NCBI GenBank assembly: GCA_013115145.1
Contig: JAAPAO010000122.1
Coordinates: 1 to 64,000, forward strand
Reading direction: 5' to 3'
Origin: Perkinsus chesapeaki ATCC PRA-425
Taxonomy: Eukaryota; Protista; Perkinsozoa
Length of the DNA: 64,000 nucleotides
Shown here: positions 12,301 through 24,013 of the stretch, one piece after another
How the letters are laid out: every line of letters starts with the position of its first letter
Numbering within the stretch: the first letter of the stretch is position 1
Translations under genes and position numbers: made by a program
Notes under the pieces: generated by a model
Told to the model about the DNA's origin: nothing
The model's input: only the letters and a program-made list of their open reading frames with translations
Databases searched by the model: none

Positions 12301-15300
12301 ACGTGGCGCCCGACGGTCTGAGCCCGACTGGGCTACCGGCCAGTGAGGAGCTCCCAAGAGCCCAAATGAAACAGAGTAGCTTTGTGTCGGAACCGAATGG
12401 CAAACAGCGGCCCCCGTAGGTGTATGTGGCAAGATCTTCACTGAGCTGTGGTCATCTGACCCCTCCGGCTTCCCCATACCTGCCGGATGCTACTACAGTA
12501 AAACCTACCGTAACGACGGAGCCAATGAAAAGTTCTATAGAGAGTATTATATCTCCTTCAATCAAAAGTGGGGACCATCGCCGGGGCTTCACCGCTGCGA
12601 TTGGTGCACCACAGATACGGTCTGCGACATGACTGCAGTAGTGGGAAGGAGAAGAGAGATCCGGAGGACCCGACGACCAAGGCTGCTGGAGGAAGGGTTG
12701 CGCCTAGCTCCGGTCCCTCTGAGTGATTCGTCTTATATTTCATAGTTTATATCATCACTTGTTATTATCAGATATTGCACATACCAAATAGCCTTCCTAG
12801 CTTCGGTCAGCGATCTCGTGACGACATCCTCGCCTGTTATGGACATCTATTCGATATGTCATGGATGTGCTGGATCGAAATATAAGGTGATGACCATTGC
12901 CTGATCTGCCGTTGAAGGAGGTGGCCAACTATGCAAATCACCGTTTAGGTTTTCGAGAAGTCTGCTGTATATCTTGATCGAGTCCCTATTGCAGCCGCCG
13001 GGTTCTCTGACTCGAACTTCAAGAATGGTAACGTTGGTGGCGGCTCTTCCCGAAGCATCGCCGTATTCTCATTCTAGGTGGCGGCTTCGTCCTCCGAAAT
13101 GGTGATGAGGATAGGATTCTCGCATTGAGCACATCCAACGTTATCAACTTCCGACTGGAGGGAGGCTCTGGCGCCAGCGCTATCAAGAAAGGTGAACCCA
13201 TTTCGAGGCGCGCAAGAATGCCGGTGCAACGCGGGTTTCAGGATCGACGGTTCGCCTTATTCTATCACCTCTCACTTTGTGGCATTCCTCTAGCACATGT
13301 TTTGTTGGTTGTACTGCCGATTCAACGGTGAGTGACGCTGTGTGTGTTGGACCAGAAATGACTTGCTCAATGGAGAGCTCAGTGCTGGCTCAGCCGGGAG
13401 GGGATGACACTCCCGGAAGGAAGTAAGCAGCTAACAAGGGCAGCCCTCCACGGCCAGTGATTCATGCCGGGCCGGGCTCAGATCCCCATGCTTTCTATGA
13501 GGAATATGCTGCGTTAAAATCTCACTAACTGTTACTCGATATCTTACGGGCTTAAAGATATGGTCCCCGACAGAGTGGCCGTGGCGATCGCTGGGTGACT
13601 CTTGCACTACTTAGGTTGAACGTTGTGAAGATAACTTTGCCGTCGTCGTCAATGACAGACATAACTGGTGATGAGATGCACGACTTCACGCTTTCTGGGC
13701 TCACTCTTCCATCCGGTGGCACTGGATGGTTCCCTACTAGAATTGGTGTCGAAATCACTGAAGGTGGCACGGACCTCAAACCGGACTACACGACCTCGAA
13801 CGGTAACCTTGACAGCGGCATCGATTCGAGTGATAGTTGCTCAGGCTTCATTTGGAAGGATCATGGCTCGCCGGGTTCCAATGGGCGCATCTTGGTGACG
13901 GATTATTCAGGCTATGGCCCGAAGCCGTTCAAGGAGGATACCTCTAATAAGCTCGTCGTCAGGCTTCAATTCGCAGTTCCCCTGCTGTCACTGGGCCAGG
14001 CGAGCGCTGTCGATATCAGTATATTTGTGCCCGATGAAGTTGGAGTATCCTGCCGTACCACTGATGGAGCCGTTGTTCGGGGGGACCTGGAAGTGAGGTC
14101 CTCTGTAAACTTTTTACCCAGTGTCTCCTTCTTCCCTCTGTCGCCGTTTTGTCTTAACGTGGCCCACGTTAGGCAGCTGCAGCACAAAGAGCTCTTTCTT
14201 GCTTCAGGTATTCGAGCATGATTTAGATGATGATTACTATTTTGATAATGTGAAGGGATATTGGAGCGGTCTGACCGACGATGGCTCTTGGGAATCCTCC
14301 TCAGCTAACGAATGTATCTATTCCTTCCGAAAGGGTCAGATGGTTCCAGTCAATGCCACGGCCTTCCTGACACTAACGTTGGACAACCCGAGGCCACAGA
14401 TGAAACGGGATGATGAAATCAACACATGGTGCGACTAAACAATCCACCAAGTTTTACCCCTTATCTGAACCCGACACGTCTCTCTCGTAATTGCCCAATC
14501 AACTATCTCCGATCGTCAGGAGTGCATCTCTAAAATGCTGAAATCATCCTTTGTTGTGCTGTTCGCTGTGCATTCTGATATGCTTTACGTACGGTTATGG
14601 TTGATATAAAGCAAGATATATGCTTCGTTCTTTTCAGGTTCATCCAGCTTGGTGGCAAGGGCTACTCGGATGCGTCACCACGCCGTATGTCTAAGATACC
14701 GTTTACCGGGATACCATATGACTCGGTAGAGGCCCGGTACTGGCAGCATAATACCGCGGCCCTTGGGGAGCTCACTGAAGTCACATTGCAGCCTTTGAGC
14801 TTCCAGCCGGACGCGATGACCTACCTGAGGGTATTCTTCATAACTACAACAGCTCCGAATCGCCGATCAAAAATCGTTTTGGACGCCCCTGATGGATTTG
14901 ACTTCGGTGAAGATTGCGACGTCCAAGAACTACCAAGTGCACACTATGCTGTCGTGAGCGCGACCGCATGGGGAACGACTAACCGACTGAAGTTTGTGGA
15001 GAAGTGCATTGGTTCGAAGTTCTCCTTGTCCACCGCGGAGAAGTCCGACACATTCAATCGGGCGACGATTGTCGTCGGTGGTGTGATGAAGGCCCTGACC
15101 TACTACGGATTCCAGATAGGTGTAACCCTGCCTTCTGGCAAAGCATACAAGTGAGTTTACCATTGAACAAGGGAAAGTGCCCAGTAAATATATTCGACCG
15201 TGCAATGGTTACTCACGAACTGGCCTTCCTTCAGTCCCGATATCCACAATTACGGCTGGCGTCTCTGGACGTATGACGAGCATGGCTACGGCTTAGATGG

Positions 15301-18300
15301 AGCCAGACCGTAGGACTGGCAAGATGCTCTAGAGGCCGGTACACTGTGGCAGGTACGTCCGGTTCAATCTGAAGGTGCCCGGGACGATGAGCAACTTCTA
15401 CGATAAAGGGTTCGGACTGTATGCGGATGAGATAGAAGGAATTAAAAGCGGAGAGAATGTCATTGGTGAGGACAAGGAGCTGCACTCGTTACTCAGCTCT
15501 ATGATTCAGCGCCAACTGTGAGGATGGCAAGCCTGATGCCTTTTACAGTGGCGGGAGCGAGCACCTGGCTCACATTCGAGCCTTTTGTGTTTCGCTTCGA
15601 TTTCGCCTCGAACATGCGCCTTACAGCTCCTATCGGGTAGGCTATTCGATTTCCCAAATAGCAGTTGAGCAGATCCTCTATGCAGTTACGTGTGGGACAG
15701 GGCCAGCAGCTTCCAGGTCAGCTCACCGTACTCAGACACGCAGTTCCCCGCTTTGCCCGACGTTGAGAACCCTGGTTCTGAGAACGAGTTGTTGTTCAGC
15801 GAGCTGCTTTTCCAGGGCGGCAAGATGTGAGTATTATTGCTAGCTATGCAGCCCTTATCGATATTGCTCTCCATTACATCTACCGTACCGCTTTCAGATA
15901 CGGTTTTGCTGCCAAAGCGATCATACCTGATGTATCACCCACCACTTCAACCAACGCATTCTTCCTAGAAATCGGGTAGGTGCTGCTGCATGACCTTCTT
16001 CTTGAAAGGCTCAATGCTTCAGCTATACTGGTCGTCAAATAACAGAGCGGTATGCTTCCCTGGTCATTGAGGCTCCATTAGTGTCAAGTCTCATCGACTG
16101 CACGGTAGGCGGCACACACTTTCGACTCTCTAAATCTTAACAGCGCGCGGGTTGCTGGAGCGATGGTGTTAGGTATCCTACTTGTCGGCTAAGGAGGGGT
16201 ATATAGCCAACCTGCTAGTATTCTCCTTTTATATTGTAACTCCCCTCGTTGGAGGAGATGGGCTTATTATTAAGGGGGATGATGGTACCAAAGGATTCAC
16301 GTTCGAGCAGGTAAGACTCTTTCCTGGGAGATGCTGTATACCCACATCGCTTACTAATTCTACACGATTCGACCGCGGATCGCGAGCGTTAGGCTATTCT
16401 ATCGCTGGCTGTCATCATTACCCCGATAAATCGGTCAGGTATGCAATCCTGTTGAGGTGGACGGAAGTCAAATGTTGCCGGCCGGAGGGATCGTTTGCAA
16501 AGCGATATACGAGCAAGGTGTTCCAAGGATCACCCTCACAGTGGGGGAGGGCTTCACCTTATCTACCGGCCTCTACAAGCTGGAGATGCCCTCGGCGAAT
16601 CCTGGTTGGTTCTCTGGCGAAAGTCTCTCTGATTATTGCTTTACTAAGATACTCCACGGGTCGCTGGTAAATGGACGTTCGGGACCTACAAGAAGGTATC
16701 GGACTTCCCCAACGTGGACCCGATCGATAAGAGCATGACCATCGTCGGATATGATATCCTCCTCACCATGACCAAAGCGGCAATAGTACCCCTCACAACC
16801 AAACAGCGTGAGACCAATGAAGTTCGAAGGAGTAGGTCAATCTCGTGATGACAGGATCACTCACCGGTCGGAATGACAGACCTGAGAAGGTTAACAATAT
16901 TATTGTGGCCTTCAGAATTAGCAGCACACCGACTTCCGAACAGGACTTTGTACGGTCGAAAGTATTGTGCATTGGCTTAGATTGTTGATCAGATCATTCG
17001 GGCTCCGAGAGGGTTTGTCTTCGATGACGATTGTCTCCCAGGAATCGTTACCAGCAGCGATTTGGTCTTCGGTGATGCGGTATGGCTAGACAGGAGCCTT
17101 GGACCTGCAGGAACCCAGCGTTTTGTGCTAGGATGAATTCAATGAGAAGCAGTATCGTCTGTGGGACGACGAAGGTGCTCGGCCACTTCTTTGTATCGGT
17201 GAGGGTCGGACAGCGTATCTCACCTTCTCATTGGGGATAGAGAGAGACTCCACTTACGCTTTCCGGTGGGCCCTGTTATAAGCTCGACAAGCGGCTGACT
17301 CGAGAGTACCAGGTTCCAAGTGAAGAACCCTACGGTTACACCAGAGGTTAACTTGTGGAACCTCGAGTACAATGGCTTTGCATCGTTCCCTTTGGAGGGC
17401 TTCAGTCTTTGGACTTTCACCGGAACCACTCTCAGTCAGATTTCCCCTCGAAATACTGTGTTAAGTCAGTGAGCCATTTCAGATGCAGTGAGCACTAGCA
17501 CTACCAAAGACGACCAGGGCGGGCAGCAGAATAATACAGCTGGTACGATTCGTCGCTATCTTGCTGTGAAGCTCTGAATGGCAGGCAACCCTGTATCGGT
17601 TGTCTTCACTCCTACACGGACAATCATCGGTAAACTTGATTTCTCTCAAACGACGTCCTCGGGAAACCGCCGTCAACTACAAATCAACGAGCGTCCCAAT
17701 GGCGGTGAGCTCGGGGCATTGACTCAGCTCAGATGATCCCTCTCGGGTGCATGCAGGTACAGTAGCGATCGATGCGCCGTCAACCTTCACTTTCTCGAAC
17801 CCTTGCAATGTGGCCCTGGCGACGAACGATGCTTCAGTGATGTAGGATCTCCCGATCATGTGTGAGTCTATTAGTTTGACCCACAGTTTCACAGCTGGGC
17901 TTGACTTCGACTGCTCAGTGGAGTCCGATGACGACGGGAATCAGAAACTTACAGTCGAGCTGATAGGAACGAGGAGCATCCAGGTTGGAATTGCATCCTG
18001 CTCTTGGGGACAATCCTGTGTCTTCAGGAGGGCATCGCCTACGACCTTACTTTTTACGTGGTGAATCCCTTAGTAGCGCCAGATGAAGTGAGCCCATGGC
18101 TTCTGAGGAGCTTTGACATCGAGGGAAACGCTCTTGATGAGGTTCCCATTCCAGGATACAAGTAAGCTGTATTCCACCCGTGGCATCAACTTCTGCCAGC
18201 AGTCTGATCCATACAGCGCGACCTTTGCAGTGATAATGAAATCGGACTACTCAACTGAGAATTCTTCTCTTTTTTACTCTCTGGGTACCATCCGGTCGTT

Positions 18301-21300
18301 CCTCTTGGGGACAGCTGCCGTAGCGGTGTAATGATTTCATCTCCTCTCTTCAGAGTAGTGTCATCCATGAGATCATTCCAAGTTATCAATCCGACCAATA
18401 CCTATAAGGGGACATTCAAAGTCTCAAACGTTATCTTCAAGTCTACCTTCCCAGAGGCCCTCATGGACGGCGACCTCGTACAGTTCTCTGCTCCTGGAGG
18501 CTTTGACCTTCGCGGTCTCACCGCTGGCTCTTGCAATGAGTAAGCATATTCCAAATCATCCCATACCACAGCTTGACAGGTACGTAGCTTCGCCATTGAT
18601 TACCACTAGTCCTTCTTGCCAATGTTCAACAACAGGATGCTCCATGACCTTCTTGCTCAAGTATTATAGTAGCGCTGCCGTCCAACCGAACCTATCTCTT
18701 AGGGAGGGAAACACGCCGGCCTTGTCCGAAGGGGCGCTGCTAGAGTTCACTGTGACGACGGTTAATCCGATCATATCACCACCTTTAATGAAGTCCTTCT
18801 GGAAGGTCTCCCACAAAAGGTGGTCTCCTAGTATGCTGCCTAGTTTCAATACCTGCTGCTCCCTCAGAGGATCCTCAGTGCGTACCTCCGATAGCGTGGA
18901 GGGCTGGGAAGTTATTTCGCAACTGACTGGCGTCGGAGTTGACCTCATAGGAGCTCATCAGAGCGCCGGAAGCTTCTCTGACATCGAAGTCACCTTTGTG
19001 AGTGTCAGCGCAGCGACAATCCTTCGGGTGAGATAACTCCCTTGCTGTGTTTGCTGCCTCTGCTGTTTCCTCCATCCAGATCGAAGCCGTGGCGCCGTCA
19101 GGATTCAACTTCATAAACGCTCAAGTTGAAGATCCCTCGGAGATTTTACCGGTGAGAGCTCCTTAGTTTGCCTGTGAAAGTTTTGTTCAGTACGACTTGA
19201 CTGATGAGGAGGTTGCGACTGGTGCAGTCCGTAATTTCATCTTTCTCTCCAATTTGGATATCGTACCCGGCGCTGCGGTAACTGTACAAGTTTCGAATGT
19301 AAAGGGTAAGTAAATCTCTCATGGCACACAGCTGATTAGGTCCGGCTCGGCGATCTGGGAGGCCAGACGGTATTTACGCTTGAAACCTACAAAGACTCCA
19401 GTACTATGGATGATCTACTGGATGAGAGCAGGGGCTTTAACGAAGGCTTCAAACTGCCCGGAAGAGTACGCCTCTCATCAGCTCGCAAACGACGCTCGAG
19501 CTCAGGTTATCGTGCCAACAGCTGAGGACGACCCTACTGGAGCTCCTCGACTTAGCAGTAGCAGCGCTGTTTTATGCCAGGCTACTGTGTATACCTGTTG
19601 TTGCAGGCACCTTTGCCGAGAAGGCCTGGCTCTACCCTGTTAAGTCTCTTCTCGGTGCCCGAGTGGATGAGGAGGCTCGGGCAATATTTCCAGTGACGTT
19701 CACGCAGAATGTGAGACTCTTTGATGTTGCTAATATCTCCTATAAGGGAATCCACATTAACTTGAAGGTATATGCTAAAGAGAAGCTTATAATTGGAGTT
19801 GAGATGCTAATGACCACCGAACAAGCAACTACAGCCGGAGGGCAAACCTCGACAGGTGGCGTGTTGCCTCGAGTTCCACTCAAGCAGGTGTTCATGGCTT
19901 ACAGTAGGTGCTACTAGTAGCACGGCAACAGACCCTACGCTGCCTGCTTCCTATGAGCTGAAGAGCAGGAGCTTTTCAATTAAAGGTTCAACTACCACGG
20001 TGGGTGGTGACGCTGTTGGGATGAGTGTGGAGGCAAAAGGTCGGTAGGTCCAAACTGCAACATCCATCGACAAGTCTACTGGCAATATCGAGGCCCTCCT
20101 TCTCGGTCACGACGGGCAGGTGGTTTTGAGCGCTGATGAGACGTAAGCCTCTGAGGGTAGAGTGCCGAGGTTATGATGAACCTGCTCCACAGGTACGAGA
20201 TCTCGATGACGGTTGTCCCTAAATCCGGTGAGCAAAAGTGGAGGATATACACGCAAAAGACTGGCGAGTCGCTACCTAGCAACACCAACGATGGGGACAC
20301 TCAAGGGTTCAGTCCGGTAAAAATTCGCTAACTTGAAGGTGCCAATCAATAACTTCGCAGGTCTTGGTTCTGGGGATGACAGTGACTCCTCTGCGGAAAC
20401 CACCGAGGGCTGAGATAGAAGTTGATATTAAATTCGATGTGAAGCAGCGAGAGATATCGGTAAGCTTGGTTGTGTTCCCAGGATGAATGGCATATCTGTT
20501 CGTTCAGGCGCTCACCATCATTGCACCAGAAGGATTTAGTTTCCCACCGGAAGGCTGTGGACCTATCTGCTTCCCCGAAGGGGAGTGGGCGAATACCAAG
20601 AGGAAGGTCGCTGTTATCCGCAATACTGTTGGTAAGGCAAAACGTCTCTCGCAGCCGTTACAAGCCACGTATGGTTGGTAGGCGTAACTATACCGTCGGA
20701 GATTACAAACAGTCCGATAAGGATAACCGCCATAACTCCAGATAGAAGCCCTGCCTCCTTGGATTGGGTTTTCCAGGCAGATGACCGAGGCGTAAGTTCA
20801 TGAGGTACGACGTTGCGAAACTGGTTCACAGGGAACTCCTATCGGTTGGGCTGAAGGCACCGGCTTCCAGATTGATCAGATGAGTAACGTGAAGATATCG
20901 TAGGCTCTCTCCTTGCTTGTGGTCTACCCGCCATCCAACCGATCTCAGATACGCCGGAGTATCCAGCGCTGTCACTACACAGAACACTATGGTTTGGTTT
21001 GCAGTGAGCTTCGATGTTTCAGCTGGGGGAGCATCTCAAATAGTTGTCGTGCAGCCTAAAGAGTTAACCTTCAACTGTTGTCATCCGTGGACTTCTGGTT
21101 CTAGTTATAAGTTCCGATGCTCGGACGCGGCATTTGTGAAGTCGCTCTCTCTTCCCGGTGGCCATCCCGAGTGCACCGAAGAGTATCCTCTCACCCTTAC
21201 TCTTTACAACAGGTAAGCCTCTGCAGTAGTTGGTAGTCGTAAGATTGATCTTCCAGCACTCTGGACATCGGGAGCTACGCCTTCACGGTGAGGGTTCAGA

Positions 21301-22216
21301 ACCCGGCCACGACGCCTGTCAATAACACTTTCGATGTGCTCGTGAAAAGCAGCGATGGGAAAGTAAAGAATTCATCAGTCTCGAGTTGCATGACGCTGTT
21401 CTCCATCTAGGTTGTGGACGCCGCCTTTGGAGTTCCTGGTTTGAGCGTAGTTAGAGCACATGTTGTTAACCCTTTCGTTTATTGGTCCTCTAGCATCCCC
21501 AGCAGCACGTCGCGGGTAGGAGCCGTTGGATAGTTAATCCCACTTGTTGTCAACGTTTCGCGTAGGTGCAAATCGGATTCGAAGTTAAGTCTACCGTGGA
21601 CATGTTTAAAGCTATATTAATAACGCTACCACCTAGCTTTGTCCACCTCGTGGGTAACCCGACTGAAGTTATTAATAACAATAAAGACTTCCCTGTCGCT
21701 TCGGGTGAGTTCTCGTTCATCGTCGGTTACTCGAGGCGACATATATTTATGATGTAGGGACCGGTTGGGCTGATGTCAGCAACTCCAACGCTGTGAAAAT
21801 CCTCATGGACGACACGACGGCGTTAACTGTGGTTTCTCCCGGGTATACAGCAACTTATTTCAATTCAGTTGAACTTGCGGTGCCCGGAAATTCAGGAAAT
21901 ATTCGTGGACGTTCCCCATCCGACTGCCAAGGGTACTCCCGGCAAAGAACATATGGTTCATATCCTTCTGCGAAAGTCGTCAATGTAGCAGCCACGACGG
22001 AGACGATGTGGGCAGCTTGTTGGGGTCACGCTTGTTTATCGTATCTTTACGCAGGTTGTTGTTGACCATCCTATTCCTGGCTTCGAGTTTTACGAGAAAT
22101 CCCCTGCCGGTGGCTTGACCGTTGAGACGGGTGCTGCCGCACCTGGGGTGGCTCCTCCACTAATTCCATTTACTCTGTTCGTGTTATGTTATTTCTTCTC
22201 CATATCGTTGTCTTGA
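6389..22216 (+). CDS. Giant multi-exon predicted secreted/GPI-anchored surface protein; 5' linkage to the 6389 signal peptide is inferred
   Basis: Signal-like MNLKNILWALLIQFCNRSVEA, then phase-consistent exons 6389-6733, 6782-6865, 6941-6982 and 7075-7170. Many further plus-strand exons carry Cys modules (FKLCYTPDG; VCMCQRQCDRNSNWFK; VCYCAEITSSTECADQSW) and beta-rich repeats (FTVTTVNP; IIAPEGFSFP). The last exons read YSWTFPIRLPRVLPAKNIWFISFC..PIPGFEFYE..TGAAAPGVAPPLIPFTLFVLCYFFSISLS*. Not every junction was resolved. Confidence 0.6.
6572..6697 (+). repeat. Coding tandem repeat, 7 x 18 nt (NSTVPA)
   Basis: Unit AACTCAAC(G/A)GTTCCGGC(C/T), seven copies. Units 2-4 are identical to units 5-7. 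Confidence 0.95.
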
Positions 22217-23475
22217 TATTATATACCTCATTTACACATTCACACTCACATGACTGCGTGTATGATTGACAGTCGACTTGACCGCATTGCGCGTTTTGTG
22301 TTCAGAGTTCAATCCCAAACGAAAGGGAATCGCGAACCTGGAATCTGGAAAAATATTCAAAAAGCTGACGGCAAATAGAAGTTGGTGGTCCTTCGCGATC
22401 TCCGCGATTGCGGCACAGTCGTCAGGAAACTTCAACAGAGTATATTCTAAACACTGAAAGCAAGGCAAGTGCCAACAGAAAGCCAGGCCTTCAAAGTCTG
22501 GACTATAGTGCGTTCGCGTTTGTTGGGCAAGTTGATTAAAAATTCTAATTTAAAATTGAATATTTCGCGTTAGAGTGATGAAAATCGGCTGAAACCTTCC
22601 ATCCCTTGAAGGATATAGCTATAAGACAAGGGGAATCGATTGGTATAAAAACCCGTGGTACGGGAGTGTGGGAAGGGGAGAGCACCGAGTCTCAATTAAG
22701 TTATAATTCGATGATTGTTTGAGAGATTGGTGCTATCCATGTCTACGATGGTATTATGAGTAATGGCAATACTCTTGTCGATTTATGCAAATCAGTTTAT
22801 TAACCATCGAGAGACATCTCCCTACCTAGGATTTTAAAAAAAAGAATAATTAACAAACAACCTTGTTTGGCCTCAACATAACAGTATTTAGCCCAAAGCG
22901 GTTCATGAACGTCGATTGCGTATTGTGTTTGGGTGTACGTGCATCACAATGATCTGCACGCATGCACTCACCTCCCCGCGGGTTTTTACTATCGCTACGT
23001 TGCACTGCGCTATCAATAATTTTCATGACAAAACTCTCAGCCGTTTCATCGTGAGGGCGAGCGAGAAGAAAAATGACCGTACTCAGCGTTCGTTTTTGTT
23101 GGGCAACTCAACTATGCAACGTCTGCGTAACGTAACTTTTGGTATTCCAATGTCACAGGCGGTGTGACGCCTCCTGTGGGGATACTTGCAGGAATGTTGT
23201 TTATGTGCCGCTGGTGAGGGGTTAGCTAGACCAGCGTTTCACCTATTTGTGAGGTCACAAGCTATTGTAAATCGAAGCGCGTTGCCTGTCCGTTAGTCAC
23301 TACTTTTAGCGTATTTAGTGTGAAGCTTCCGGGGCCGTGTTCTTAGAGTCGGCTATCGGCTACCGATACTAGCGATCGACGAACACGAACTCCGGCCACA
23401 TTAGCGAGGTTCGTGTTTCCCCGAGCATATAGGGTTTCCACAAAAGATACCACAGTTATTCTGTCCCTTGAATGA

Positions 23476-23736
23476 ATGGGCCTCTTCGCCCTCCTTACAA
23501 TCGTGGTCATTGGCATTACTCTCGGCTATGTCCCTGATAACCGTACACTAGCTATGGTGGAGCTCGATTCCCATAATAGAGCTTCTCACGTGTATCATGC
23601 TGGAGAGAGCTACGATGGTGAATACTCTGTAACTTTTAAGAATCCTTTCCTGGACCTCAAGGTCGTCGTCAACTCTGTTACAAAAACTCTCCGTATTATG
23701 TTCCGCTGTGATGCCGCTGTAGGCCATATAACCACT
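23476..23736 (+). pseudogene. 5' part of a small predicted secreted-protein gene cut by the LTR element
   Basis: An ATG opens a hydrophobic signal-like MGLFALLTIVVIGITLG, and the ORF runs directly into the left LTR at ~23737. Confidence 0.45.
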
Positions 23737-24013
23737 TTGCCGATCACAAAGGATCGGGTGGACTCAGAGGTCTGTTACCTCAAAGCTAATCGTCTTTTAA
23801 GGGCATGTTTCGTCCTCACCACAAGGACTCATCAGTGGCTAACAGCGCCAGACACACCTTAAGTGCACCCCATACAGGTGGTTATCCAATTTACCCACAG
23901 GTATGGTACCTAACCCTAGAAATTTACTATCATTAAGAAAGCAATTCCAGTATAGGTCTGTTACCAGGACAACAACGATGCGTAGTAAGGTATGAAAGCA
24001 GCTGACCGCCACA
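23737..24013 (-). repeat. 3' LTR (left copy)
   Basis: 23743-24013 aligns ungapped with 27271-27541 (12 substitutions in 271 nt by hand count). It begins TG on the minus strand and is preceded there by a purine tract GGGGGAA (24014-24020). Confidence 0.88.

Noticed and set aside
15282-15291. 10-nt minus-strand match to the start of the spliced leader (CCGTAGCCAT)
   Set aside because: The rest of the SL (..TGGCTCAAG) is absent and it lies within the giant gene; consistent with chance.
22575-22592. C-box GTGATGA followed by CTGA, a possible C/D snoRNA
   Set aside because: The boxes are only 7 nt apart, with no terminal D box or closing stem at a normal distance.
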